DNA from: Octopus bimaculoides
Lineage: Eukaryota
Length of the DNA stretch: 64,000 nt
Direction: 5' to 3'
Assembly (NCBI RefSeq): GCF_001194135.2
Contig: NC_068999.1
Span: 51,904,758 to 51,968,757, forward strand
Part shown: one piece after another, positions 1-12,930 of the stretch
How positions within the stretch are numbered: position 1 is the stretch's first letter
Layout of the letters: each line of letters starts with the position of its first letter
Notes under the pieces: model-generated
The model's input: only the letters and a program-made list of their open reading frames with translations
What the model was told of the DNA's origin: nothing
The model's database searches: none
Translations under genes and position numbers: made by a program

Positions 1-81
1 ATGTGATAAGGCTGAACCTTTGAAATAATATATTGTTCGAAAAGAAAGGTGAGAGAGAGGTGGGGAGGTGGAGACAGACAA

Positions 82-200
82 GTACTTAACTAATAATTTA
101 TCAACCCTGAAAGGATAAAAGTCAATGTTAACCTCAGCAGGATTTGAACTCAGAACAAATACTGCAAGGCATGCTCATTGATGCTCTAACAACTTTACTA
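82..200 (-). mobile_element. Degenerate tRNA-derived SINE fragment (family B, head ...ctgagttcaaatcctgctgaggtt...)
   Basis: Reverse complement resembles the related copies at 60583-60790 and 63425-63620. Confidence 0.55.
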
Positions 201-929
201 ATTCATCTCGTACATCATTAAAATGTATAAAATTTGTTAGATGTATAGAATTAAATGGTCATGATTGCTATCTTCTAATGTTAAGGCATGTATTATTTGT
301 AAATATTTTCTTTNNNNNNNNNNNNNNNNNNNNNGTGATTAAATTGTTTGTAAACAAATTGTGACTCCGTAGCCCTGTTGTGAATGCTCACTTTCCATTG
401 GTGTTTGAAAAAAAAAATACTTTAAGATGAAGAATACTTCAACATTATTAATCACCATCAGTAATTCCAGTGTAATCATCCTCACTATATCATCATACAC
501 ATTGAAAAGTCTTTTATATTTTTTGCTAAACTTGTTGGTTTCTGTAATTGGTCATGCAGCAGCACTGCCTCCAATGGCTTAGTTGATTATATTGACACCT
601 CTTTGCAGTACTTTGCCTGGTACTCGTTTTATCAATCTCAGAAAAGAAAATGGTTAAGTGAGTTTAAGCAGGATTTGTACTCAAAAGATCAAAGGGTTTC
701 GCCAAATAACGTAAGTTATTTTGTCCAATATTCCACTAATTCTGATGACAATTTCTTTGTGGTTCTTAGAGTTATGATGCCCATATGTAAAAAAAAAACA
801 TGATAGAAAGTTGCAGGTCTTTGATCTGAGGTAGCATCAGTCCCAACCTTCCAACCGTAGTGAGGTCAACAGTTTGTACTCTGTCACCACTTCCAAGCTC
901 TGTCTTTATCTTGTATCAGGCATAGGTCT

Positions 930-1207
930 GTCATGAGCCCCAGGTCTCATAAAGTTGAAGTTTAGCTTAGTTTCTATGGTGTATAGGTGACTGAGATTAC
1001 AACACTCACTCGTAAACTGATTGCTAACCCATTACAGTTTTAATTTCCCATCTATTGCTGGAATTTATTTACTGCTGATTGGGCTTTGAGCAACATGAAA
1101 TGAAATGTTTTGTTCAAGAACACAAAGCGTTGCTCAGTCTGAGAATTGAAACTATGGTCTTACAGTCATGAGTGCAACAACCTAACCACTAGGCCATGTG
1201 CTTTCAC
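930..1207 (-). mobile_element. tRNA-derived SINE (family C, MetaSINE-like)
   Basis: The reverse strand has an A box (tggcctagtgg) and B box (gtttcaattc), then gtgttcttgaacaaaacatttc; same family as 13566-13880. Confidence 0.7.
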
Positions 1208-1913
1208 AATTCGTCTCAGGCACTTAACTCATTATGGCAGATTTCAGAACTTCTGGTAGACTTTAGATTAGAGATAGTTTTGGAAATATCTTCTGGTGTA
1301 TTCCTTCAAGATTTTTAGTGGTGCGGCAACAATTTAATGAATTTTGTGTTAATGGTTTTAATTTTTGTTTATATGATAATAAAATACCTCTTTTAATGAA
1401 GTCTATTTATCAACAATTTAGTTTCTACAAAATATATGACATCAACCTTTTAAAAATGTTTTATATGTAAATGGTTTTAAATTTTAGATCTCTTTTGGTT
1501 AAAAAGAAAAAGAAAAGATGATTCATTTCATTAGTCTGCTTCTGAACAATGTAAACCACTTTCTGATAAATGAATGTGTGTATGAGAAAGAAAGAAATAT
1601 AAGGGTAAAAGGAAAGAAAAAACAAAAAGAGAAAGTTTTTTTTTTGAAATTTGCCATTAAAATGTTCCAATAAAATATTAGAGATTAATTTCAGATTTTT
1701 GGTCTATTAATTAACCTTGTCTTTTGTGTTACTATTTTCTACATCATTAATATGTAAATTTTTATGAGTGTCTTGAAATTATCAATGAAGTTGTTTGTAC
1801 TCTGTGTGTGCGCGTGTGCATCTGTGCGTATGTGTGTATGCATGTCTGCGCACAGTAAGCAGGCAGATAAAAGAAGAAAATTTTTCCTTGCTCATGAGTT
1901 CTGTTATACATTG

Positions 1914-2070
1914 GTGCAGACATGGCTGTGTGGTTAAAAAATTTACTTCAGAACCACAAGGTTAGGGTTTCGGTTTCACTGCATGTACACTGTCAGCTGA
2001 TATCCTCAACTATTAGTGAGAATTAACCAATGCCTTGTGAAATTTGGTATATAGAAACTGGAAGAAACCC
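1914..2070 (+). mobile_element. Degenerate SINE 5' half (family A)
   Basis: ggtgcagacatggctgtgtggtt...ccttgtga...tttggta...gaaactggaagaaaccc resembles the copies at 17486 and 39815. Confidence 0.6.
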
Positions 2071-2330
2071 ATCATCATATGTCCGTTTTCCATGATTTCA
2101 TGGGTTGAATGGAGCTGGTAAGACTAAGGGTCACACCTGGCTCCGTTGTCTGTTCTGGCATGGTTTCTACAGCTGGATGCCTTTCCTAATGCTAACCACT
2201 CCGCAGAGTGTACTGGGTGCTTTTTATGTGGCAGCAACACGTTTTTAACGTAGCACCAGCATGAGTGCTTTTTATGTGGCACCAGCACTTAGTATCAGTT
2301 CTGCTGTGACAGATGGGTTTTCTTGAGTAC
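2071..2330 (-). mobile_element. RTE-type 3' tail repeat
   Basis: catcatcat...tttccatg...tttctacagctggatgcc...cctaatgctaaccactc is shared with the better-preserved copy at 8275-8610. Confidence 0.65.
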
Positions 2331-3805
2331 AGTAAGGCACTAGATATCTCAGTCCTTTGTCATCTCATCGGTGGGTGTAATTGAGTCTGTATTCCTCTTG
2401 TAGTGTGACATGTGCTGATTGTAAACAACAATATCACTGTTTAGACAAACTGTGTTATTTGTTTGCAATCCTTCATGAAAGCATATTTAAGCTGTTCATT
2501 GTTCAAAACACTGGGGGAATAATTATTTGGCTTTGAGGGTTGACACCAGGAAGGAAATCCAGCCCAAGAAGATTCTGTTTCAACGAGCCTAAGCAAGTAT
2601 GGAAAAGTCAGCATTAAAATGACGACAGTGGTGATAATGATGATGGTGCCACTGTCTCCTCCCACCAGTTTGATCTCTTGTTTTCTTGAGTTGTTTGTTA
2701 ATTTGCAGTTCCTGCTGGTAATGACTTATATAGAGTTACATCAATTGTATAACATCATATGATGGTATTGTGAGCTGAAGGATTAAAAAAGACTCCCCAT
2801 CACATCAATCAAAATGCAGTCGATAAATACACTGAGAAAGATGTAAATAGACCAGACATTTGTCATAATGTTAATGCTAATACTTCCCCAAAATTTAGAA
2901 TTGCATATTTCTATTTTTGCTTGGTATTTGGTGTTTGTATCTTAAAACCCAGACATTCTAAAGTAGCATTGATATAACTGAGCACCACCAGAGGAAATGA
3001 TAATGTCAGAAGGCGCTGAAATTACCATGATTTCCAATCAATAGTTGATGATGGAAATGTCCTGCTGTGTAAGTTGCAATAGGGGATGAGAAACAGCTAT
3101 TAATATATAAGCTGTTGATATCAGTACAATCATAATAATGTTTGTGCTGAAGCAATAGGCTATCTATACAAATTCCACAAACCATTTGAAACCCCAGCTG
3201 AAATGGTTTCATTTGTTTGTTACTAAAACCATATGTAAAAGTACATATCAACTTCTCAGTCTTGCTTTCAATTGCATATTTATGTATATGTTCCCATCAC
3301 TAGTTTTGTACAGTGGCATACAGCCTTCATCATCTGATTACTACTCTTTGTTGCCTGAAACTGAATAGGAGGAACCGATATATAGCAAAGCAAATAACAA
3401 AGATATGTACAAGAGATACTAGCAGTTAATACTGTTGGGTTAATGGAAGGAAAGAATAAAAGTTACAGGGTAAAAGTTATAACTTTTCAAACATCCTCCC
3501 TCATCAGACACTAGAGGAAAGTACATGAGGGACTGAGAAGAGAAGGAAGAGAAATTAAGAAGAAAAAATGAGCCAAGAAAAAATTGCATGCAGTTCAGAT
3601 TTACAGTGCATGCATGGTTGCGTAGTTAAAATGTTCTCATAACAACCATAAACTTATTGCCTCTAGGTTTTTGTTTTCTTTCTCCTACTAAAGTGCAAAT
3701 TTCAATTGACTTAGAATTTGTGGCATACATCGTTAAGCACATCAACACCTACATGTTTAATTTAGATCTCAATTTACTCAGCACACATTTTTTTTTTTAC
3801 TGATC

Positions 3806-4060
3806 ATGGCATAGGGGTTAAGATGTTAAACTCATGATGATAAAGTTATGGGTTCAATTCCTAGGTGGCACATTACGTACTTAAGTGTGACACTTCATTT
3901 CATGTTACTCCAGTCTACTCAGCTGGAAATGAGCACCAGCCAAGTACTGGTGCAACCCTTTCTCCCTTCGCCTGTCATGTCACGTCATTGGTGTTTCATC
4001 AGGTCAAGGGTAGGAGAGCCAAGAGGATGTCTGTCTCTCATAACAGCTACATAGCTAATT
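3806..4060 (+). mobile_element. tRNA-derived SINE (family C), degenerate
   Basis: tggcataggggtt A box, gggttcaattcc B box, ctccagtctactcagctgg core as in 13566-13880. Confidence 0.65.
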
Positions 4061-4132
4061 AAAGTAAATACTGAAACCATGGTACATGCTAACATTCTTC
4101 TTTGCTAGAAAGTGACAGCTAGGGATTTACAT

Positions 4133-4482
4133 GAAAGCACAGCTGTGGAGTTAAGAAGTTTGCTGCCTGACCACATGGTCATTGGTTCAATCCTGTTGTA
4201 TGGTATCTTGGACAAGTGTCTTCTATTAAATCCCTGAGCCAACCAAAGCCTTGTGAGTGGATTTAGTAGACAAAAATTTAAAGAAGCTTGTGTGTCCTTA
4301 TCTTGGCTTCACATGATTAATTTCCAGTGTGAAAACTAGGAAAAATTTGGAAATATTACCTTGCTTGGAAATAGGTGAGAGTTGGTGACAAGAAGGGCAT
4401 CCAACCCTAGAAAATCTGCCTCTGCAAACTCTGCCCAATCCATGCAAGCATGGAAAAGAGGACATTAAAACAATGATGATGA
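4133..4482 (+). mobile_element. Family A SINE head followed by RTE-type 3' tail ending in (GAT)n
   Basis: caaccaaagccttgtgagtggatttagtagac core; later gggcatcc...catggaaaagaggacattaaaacaatgatgatg. Confidence 0.7.
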
Positions 4483-6677
4483 CTTACAAATACACAATCA
4501 CACACATTCACATATATCAAAGTGTTTATTATTTGTAAAATGTTTTTCTATTGTGTATTTTATATGATTATAGGATCTACTAAGCACTTAGAAAACCTTG
4601 TAATAGGTTTTAACTTAGCTGATGGTTTACAGCAAGGTCCATTTCATATTGTTTCAGCTGATAATAGAATAAACTGTCTCCCACTGAGTTTGATCCCTTT
4701 TATTTCACTTTAGTTCCTAATGTTTATTCTACTTAACCATTATGATAAATTATGATTTTCTCTCCAGCACTACATCATGTCATGACCAATATTATTCCTC
4801 ACTCATAAAAGAAATGTATTTAGTATTTGGCTTTCCACCAACTTACCAAGCTGCAGGGTTCAATATAATATACTGAAATTACTTCCTGAAGAATTTCCGT
4901 TTTGTGTTAGATGATATATTGCTTGGAAGCTCTGTGCTCTTGCATCCAATAATTTGATGCTTTTCATAATATATGATCAAAATCTTTCTGGATATCTCCA
5001 ACTATCAGAATAATTTCTGCAAACACTTGATCAATATAAACTACTTCGCATTACTTTACCCACCTAACTAAGCCATCTGTAAGTAAACCCTTAATAACTC
5101 ATCTAGCATACTGTTATTTACTACACATATTATAATAATTATAGATTATTATTATTATATTTAATTTGTAGACTTCTGAGTGTTGAGAAATAATCAATAA
5201 AGATACCATTTGGCAGGGTGAGGGTGTTTTTTCTTTTTCTTTTGGTTTTGATTTCCACTCACAATGATAAAAAACAAGCAGATAAAAGAAGAATGGTTTC
5301 TCTTAACTATGCTTTTTGTTCCATATTCTCACCAGTTATCTCTTAGTTTTCTTCATCTGTATGTTGATTTGTTGTTCTTGCTATTGAGAAAACTTATGGG
5401 TCTGTAAAGTTACATCAGTTTTATACATCTTATATGATGAGTCTATGAACCGGGGCTAATTTATCCACTCTTTTATTAGTTTCAATCATATGGCTGTGGC
5501 TCTGCTGGGATAAACTTCTTCTTAGAAAATTTACACCCCAACATTTTTTTTCGTCTTTGTTTTAAATTTAGTTTTTTTATGTTCTGTTACTAATTGCCCT
5601 GGTTGCTACCTGTTTTGAAGCTATAAATTTTTAAACATAGTCAGATATGGCCATGCAGTTTAGAAGTTCACTTCACAATTACAAACTCTTATATTCTGTC
5701 CCACTGCTTAGCACCTTGGGTTAGTTATCTTCTACACTTGCTTCAGGCTGACCTGTGTGATTGAAATTGAGACGAAAACTGCTTGAAAGCCTGTTAAACT
5801 CACAAACACCAAATGCATTCTATTGAGTGCGGAGTTGAGAAGTCCTTTTAGTTTTGTCACAGACATGACAACTTCTCTAATGTTTTCATGCCATGGTGAA
5901 TATACCTAGTACACTCTGTCAAGTGATTGACATGAGAGGTACCATCCAGCTCATCTAAAAGCACAGTGACAATCATCCAACTCAGGCCAGTTTAAAAGCA
6001 AATGTAAAACAATGGTAATAATGATGATGTAAGTCTGTGTATTTGGTGTGTGAAAGTTATCACTTTTGCTCCTTGCATGAGATCTGAGGAATGAAAAAAT
6101 AAATGTTGTCACTGTGGTTACATTTCTGGTGAACATGGTGTTCACCAGAAATGAGAACACAGCTCTGCACTCTCGCATTAGTAGGATATAAAGTCCTCCT
6201 CATGTAAAACAAGCAAGGGTTGGTGACAAGAAGAGCTTCAAACCATAAAAATACTATCTCTGATAAGTAACTGTCCACCTTATTCCAGCATCGAAAAACT
6301 GATGTAAAATGTGTAAGTGAAGCCAGTATTAACATTGAACCCTGAGTCGACCCTGATCAAGCAAACCTACTATCAGAAATATTCCAACTGGGAACATCCT
6401 CACCCCATTTTTTCTTTTGCATGTCTAGGACCACAATATCTAATGTGTCTTTCCTTTTCCCTTTTTTAAAGTTGGTATGGTACAATTTAACGGAGATTTG
6501 GCTGTTATTTTTTATAGAGTTTGTGTTTTGGTACTCAGCTTTGGTCTGATATTCCTTAGAATCAATTAAATGACTGTTAGTAATAACCATTAATTATAAA
6601 CAAGAATGATGCATGTCCTAGCTTAAAGTTGCATCACACATTTTAAAATATGTCTTGGCTGAGAACATAAAACAAAT

Positions 6678-6678
<1 letters not shown>

Positions 6679-6711
<33 letters not shown>
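6679..6711. repeat. (CA)n microsatellite
   Basis: Read directly from the sequence. Confidence 0.95.
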
Positions 6712-6714
<3 letters not shown>

Positions 6715-8048
6715 TTTATTATGGCATTATCAAACTATGATTGATGAAGAAATTTTCTTTCTTTTGTCATTGTTTTTCTTTGATACTGTTCAGAAAAACC
6801 TTGTATGTTTAATTCATTGTTTAAGATAATCTTTTTAAAAGTAATTTCTTGACAAAATATTAATTAGGTTATTGTATGTGATCAGGGTTTTGTTTTGATA
6901 TCTGAACAAAATTTATTTATTTATCACTTTGTCTAGAAAGAGAGGTTTCTTTTTTATGTATTGTTTTGCAATGTCTGCTGTATAATAAATAATTGACTCT
7001 CTTCTGCATCAACTATTGTTTGTGTCTCTCTTCAGAAGTTTTATGTTTTGGGGGATTTTTTTTTTTTTTTTTTTTTTTGTTTAATATTTTTTTAAAGTCA
7101 AACAGGCTTTGTTAACTTTTGAAAAATAAACAAATAAAGAAACATATCCTACTCTTTTGCTTACAAGAACTAATTTTCTCTGAACAGTAGGAGACTTCTG
7201 TGTTCAGATACGCATGTGTATAACCAAAATATGCACAGACATACACTTGTACACACGTTTGAGGATTTTTTTTCTCCTTTTGTGTAGATTTTAAGATGTT
7301 TTCTTTGTATTGATTGTTTCAAAATTGATATTGTTTTATTTCTCACCTGCTGTATTTTTATAAATTTATCAAGTCATGGCAAAGTCTAACTGGATAATGA
7401 GTATTAATGCCTGTAACATTAGAGTCATAGCTGGTCAAGTTGATAGGATGACAAACTAGACTGTCAGCTGAAAGGTCATTTGTTTCTATGCTCACGTTGG
7501 CTCAGTCCATCTAGCTATAAATAGGTACCAAAGGATAAGTGATTTATTGACATGCTAGAAATAGCAACTAAATTGTATTCTACTGTCTTCTAGTCCCTGC
7601 TTCCACACCTGAAACTTCTCCTCTAGTTCTGATAGTGACTCAACAATTAAAGGAAAGAAACTTTGAATAATATTGTCGCTGATTTACTAAAAAGATCATG
7701 AGGGTCATGGCTGGAATGCCTTTGATCATAGTTATGCTCAATCAAGGACAACCCAGAACTAAACAACAACTCACCACTGTGTGCTGAAGGAGAAATGTGA
7801 AATTAATGAGTATTTCATTAGAATGTAGTACTGAGTTTAACTGTTTCCATGCATTTAGTTGACATAATTTACATAACAATGAAGCAGTGTCCTCAATCTA
7901 GTATGAAAACAGATCTGCAGATAGACAAAAACTACATTTCGTTTTATTATTATTTGATGCTTTATTTCTATTGTTTCTGTTTTGCTTCTCTTCACTGTTT
8001 CCGTCTTTGTGTCATATATCAGTTCAGCTTTTAAAATTTTAACTTTAA

Positions 8049-8268
8049 CCTTTTAGCATTCAAACCGGCCATATCTGACCAAAATATTTAACCTACTTTA
8101 TGTTGAAACTGGCTAGATCTGACCTCTCACATCAATCCTACAAAGCTATTCTAAGACTAAACAAGCAGATCATCGAAATCTTGAAGCTATGAGATAATAC
8201 ATGATTAATTCAAAACAATGTGAATAAATAAGGGTTAGGTTTGACAGAATAATCTGAATGTTAAAGGG
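8049..8268. mobile_element. piggyBac-like MITE (family P1) with TTAA target-site duplication
   Basis: TTAA 8045-8048 then ccttttagcattca; tgaatgttaaaggg then TTAA 8269-8272; termini are inverted repeats. Confidence 0.85.
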
Positions 8269-8274
8269 TTAAAC

Positions 8275-8610
8275 ATCATCATCATCATCATTTAACGTCC
8301 GCTTTCCATGCTGGCATGGGTTGGATGATTTGACTGAGGACTGGTGCAACCAGATGGCTACACCAGGCTCCAATCTAATTTGGCAGAGTTTCTACAGCTG
8401 GATGCCCTTCCTAACGCCAACCACTCAGAGAGTGTAGTGGGTGCTTTTACGTGTCACCCGCACGAAAACGGCCACGCTCGAAATGGTGTCTTTTATGTGC
8501 CACCCGCACAAGAGCCAGTCCAGGGCCACTGGCAACGGCCACACTCGAAATGGTGCATCTCATGTGCCACCCGCACAAGAGCCAGTCCAGGGGCCCTGGC
8601 AACGATCTCG
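8275..8610 (-). mobile_element. Well-preserved RTE-type 3' end/UTR repeat with internal 67-bp tandem duplication
   Basis: (CAT)n then ttaacgtccgctttccatgctggcatgggttgg...tttctacagctggatgcccttcctaacgccaacc; CpGs retained, suggesting a young copy. Confidence 0.75.
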
Positions 8611-10754
8611 TGAAAATTTCTAAGTCAGAAGCTCAGTCCTGTAATGATTGAGCAGAAAATATCTGAAAATTGGTTTGTTTATTCAAATGCTTATAGTATC
8701 TTATGGTCAAATTATTGTGAAAATTGGTGGTATTGCAGACAAGATTTAGTTGCTCTTGTTTTTTAATATAAGTAGCCATTTGTGTTTAAAATAATATTGC
8801 TCTGGTTATCATCTCCAAGGCATTTTCTGCTATCAAATCATTGAATAAGTTGTTTCTCAAAGATTAGCATCCATTTTTGAATGAGATTTTCAATAAAAGT
8901 CTGAACTCAGCAAAAATTTGGCAATACATTGGTCAATGTTAATAATGAACTTTACAGAATGCAAATAAATGATACAGGGAAATGATAGAGCCAAACAAGG
9001 CTGGTTTGAGTCATGTAGTTTCAAACAGTATAGAACTAATAACTAGATGCAGTACTGTGTGACTTTGTTGTTTTACAAGATATTAAGAGTTAATTTTATA
9101 TTAGTAATGTCTTCTCCTTATCTCATTGTCATCTATGTTCCATCTGCACCTTAATCAACTCTGACCATATTCCTTGTTTACAACCAAATTTCTGATATAG
9201 CTGGAATTGGTAAACCCCATGATAAAATCTGATCAAACTAAAAATATATCAGTTAATCTGAATAAAGATAAAGATATCAGTACAAAAGTAGACTGTTTAC
9301 AAATGTTTGATCACAGATAGTGCTATTTTAGATGTTTGAGTATTTTGCCTAATTTTTCAACCATGAAGTTCACTACACCCACTCTCTTCTGGGGAGAAAA
9401 GACAGCAGCATAGTTTACAGTGGAAATTGAGTCAAATGTATCCAAAGGAGGACTCAAATACAGTTGAAGATGCAAGGTTTCAAGTTAAGTGATAATCATG
9501 TCTCACACAAGGAGACATGGTTCTCATTCAATTGACCGTAATTGACCTGGTGACTCCACCAGTGCTGGTGCCACAAGAAGACCACTCAGTAACTCTATGA
9601 AGTGTCGGTGGCATGTAAAAAGCATACAGTACACTCTGTAAAGTGATTGGCATCAGAAAGGGCATCCAACTGTTGAAACCTTGCAAAAAGCATACAATGG
9701 AGACCAACACAACCCTCAATTTAGATGGATTGTTTTGAACCATCCAACTCATTACCAGCATTGAACACAAACATTTAACTATGATGATGATTCACAGATT
9801 GTCAGTTCCGCATAATTATTGTTTCAGTTCTGTAGTTTTCAGCATCTTTTTCATGTAAGACAATTACATTTTTATGTGTCCTGAGGTGGAGCTCAGGTGT
9901 ATAAAACCTAGTTAATATAATCACACTGAGTGCCAACAGAGTTAATTTTAACTTCTCATTTTGATTTTTGCCCTATAATCATTTGTTCTATGATTTCAGG
10001 CAATCACTGTCTCATTTCAATTTTGTCTTATTCTCTCATTTATAATCTCATTCTAGTTATGTTTTAAACAAGCTTTTCTTATCTTTGTCTCTTGCCAATA
10101 TTATTCACAACCTAATTTTATATTTGCTTCAATCTCATCTCTTTATCTTTTATCATCTGTTTTTGATAGACCGTCTAATTCAGATTGTTGACATCTCTCA
10201 CATACAATGTCTCTTCATCGTCTAGCTGAAAAAAAAAAATCTTTTTTTTCTTTTTTTTATCTGTACTATTTTATTGGAGTAAAATGAATGCTCCAAGAAC
10301 TATTTACGATATTATTGCCAGTAATGTGATGCAAGCAGATCTAAATACCCAGTCTTTGGAAATGGGATTGTGCCAATGACAGTAATTTGACAGATTTTAA
10401 GGAAATTCTTTTGTAGCTCCAACTTTTACATATTTACATTTTACATATATGAGGGCATTAATGTTCGACTTTAACTACCAGCACCACTTATTCTTATCTC
10501 AAAACAATCCTGGAGCAAGTTAGATGATCCAAACTAATCTCACAAGCACACATGCACACAAAGATTTGTGTTATAAACATATATCTAATGTTACCTTTGT
10601 AAAACTTTCAAAAGTTGGCACATCTCTCCACTTTCGAAGCTCAAGATTAGTAAAATAAAATGCTGTTATCTCTGGACAAAGTAATACTTGTCATGAGATA
10701 ACCAACACATTAGTTATGGTTCAAGGAATCATTTGTTGAAATTTTATTTGTTAA

Positions 10755-10968
10755 CCCTTTCGTTACAGCATTTATTTTGAGATGCTCTGTGTTTCTTTCA
10801 ATCACTTTAAATATAACAAAGAATTTAGTAAAATAACTGAGTTATCATTCAGCTAGTGTTAGGAACATAAATTGTGACTAAGGTTTGGTGGAAGATTTTA
10901 ATTCAAAACTTACGAAAACAAGACATTTGCACTCAGAGCCGGTTTCAACCAGGCTGGTAACAAAAGGG
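10755..10968. mobile_element. piggyBac-like MITE (family P2) with TTAA target-site duplication
   Basis: TTAA 10751-10754 then ccctttcgttac; gtaacaaaaggg then TTAA 10969-10972. Confidence 0.85.
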
Positions 10969-11167
10969 TTAAATCCTTACATTTATTACATTGGTTGATA
11001 CTTGGCTATAATAGAAGATACTTGCCCAAGGTGATGTGCAATGGGACTGAACCCAACACTGAGAGGTTATAAAGCCAATTTCTTAACCACATTGCCATAA
11101 GATATTTGTCCCCCCTATTTAAATTTGTTTTTGTTTGTTTTATCTTTTTGACCATTTTACTATTTGT

Positions 11168-11248
11168 CTAATGTACTTTTTTGTTTTCTTTTTGCAGGTA
11201 AGTTAACCTATTACAATTACACTAAGCTGTAGAAAAGTAGTGGTATGT
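11168..11248 (+). other. Candidate recursive splice site (ratchet point) with downstream 45-nt cryptic RS-exon
   Basis: CTAAT branch motif 11168-11172, pyrimidine tract 11176-11193, CAG ending 11197 directly followed by GTAAGT 11198-11203; second donor TG|GTATGT at 11243. Confidence 0.6.
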
Positions 11249-12589
11249 AAAAAGACATTTATTAATTTAAACATGTGTGACATTGTTGTCGTCATTGTTT
11301 TTATGTATTCCATGCTGGCATGATTCAGACAAGAGTTATTATTGCAGTAATCTATATATAACTGAAAGCTCTTCTTTTCACCAACCTTCACCTGTTTCTC
11401 AGGTAAGGCATTTTTATTCCACTGGTCTTTTTCATGTTGAAACCACTAAGCTACCAAATTTGTTCACAGGATTTGTTAACATAATGTCACTGTTGCTCAA
11501 GCAGTATAATGCAGAGACACATGGAAATAAACATTCACACACACACACACACACACATATACATGTGACAGGCTTCCATATGACACCATGTATTCACGAG
11601 GCTTTGGTTGGCATGGGACTGATGCAAGTATGTAAAAGTTAAGACAATTATAAGCTTCAGCACAGCTACAAATTTAGACTAAAGATGAAAACCTGAAGAC
11701 AAATAACTCACTTATAAATAAAATGAATTGCATTGTCTGTCTGTTAGTTTGCACTGATGTAATAAAGACTAAAGACCCCCTTAGGTCATGAATTTATCCA
11801 TTCATGCACCATATATTAATTAATGTCACATAGCTAACCCAGCACTTTTCATGTCTAGGTGCTTTTTCAACTCACCTGTATATGGCCTTTCTTATTAAGT
11901 TAACATTTCAAACCTTACAAATCATACTCATTTTAGTTTTCTCTAGCAGAAAATTTGCTGCATTCACTACTCATATTTCACTTTCAAACAAATGTACAGT
12001 TTTAACATATTCCTCACAGAAGCTAACATTCATATAAAAAGAGAAAGTCAATAAAACACAAATAAATATTACTTTAATACTCTACTTCAGCTCTAGTCAT
12101 TATAATTTCAATAGCTCTGCTACATCCGGCACTACTTATGTCACCTGGGTAACAGAACTTACATTTCTAAGTGAGCTAGTTGAGAAGTGTACAGGCTTTT
12201 GCTTAAGTGTAGCCTAACTTAACAGTTACATTAGGCCACACTTTATTCTCAATGTAGTTGAAAAAGAATTTTCAATCAATTAAAATTATACTCATAATTA
12301 GAAGAAAAGTCATTAATAAAGAAAATTCATCTCAAATGAGACAAGGGAGAAAACTCTGAAATTGAGATTTTAACTGACTATAAAGCACCTTTTATAACCA
12401 TGGTTACCACTAACGTATTGTCTTTAATAACTGGCCATGTCTATAACAAAAAGCTCTGTGGTATTTATTCTGGTTCCTGCATTCTGAGTTCAAATCCTAT
12501 TGAGACCAATTTTGTCTTGCATCTTTCTGGGGTCAATAAATAAAATATTAGTCTAGAGTGATGTGGAGGTGCATGACTTAGTGGATAGG

Positions 12590-12930
12590 GTGTTGGACTC
12601 ATGAGGCAAATTTTCTGTGGTTGGATTACCTTTTTGATGCCAAGTCTCACTTTTGTTTCCAAGCAAAGTAATATTTCCCCATGGCCAGATATGGAAGATT
12701 GGAAATGAACAACATCACTTGAGAGACACTGATGCTTGTTTACAACTATCACTTGATGTCAAGATAAGTAGACACAAAACACACACACACAAATGGGCTG
12801 TCTTCAGTTTCCATCTACCTAATAAATCCATGAAGTTTTGCTCAACCCAGAGCTATAGCAGAAGACACTTGCCCGTGGCACTGTGCAAACTCTAAACCAT
12901 GTGGTTGGGAATCAAATTTCTTAACACAGC
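12590..12930 (-). mobile_element. Family A SINE head joined to RTE-type tail
   Basis: cttcagtttccatctacc...gaagacacttgcccgtggcac...aaaccatgtggttggga is the reverse complement of the family A head. Confidence 0.65.

Noticed and set aside
11395-11410. Second caggtaag motif resembling a ratchet point
   Set aside because: It lies inside an RTE-type tail repeat variant and lacks a proper branch point and pyrimidine tract.
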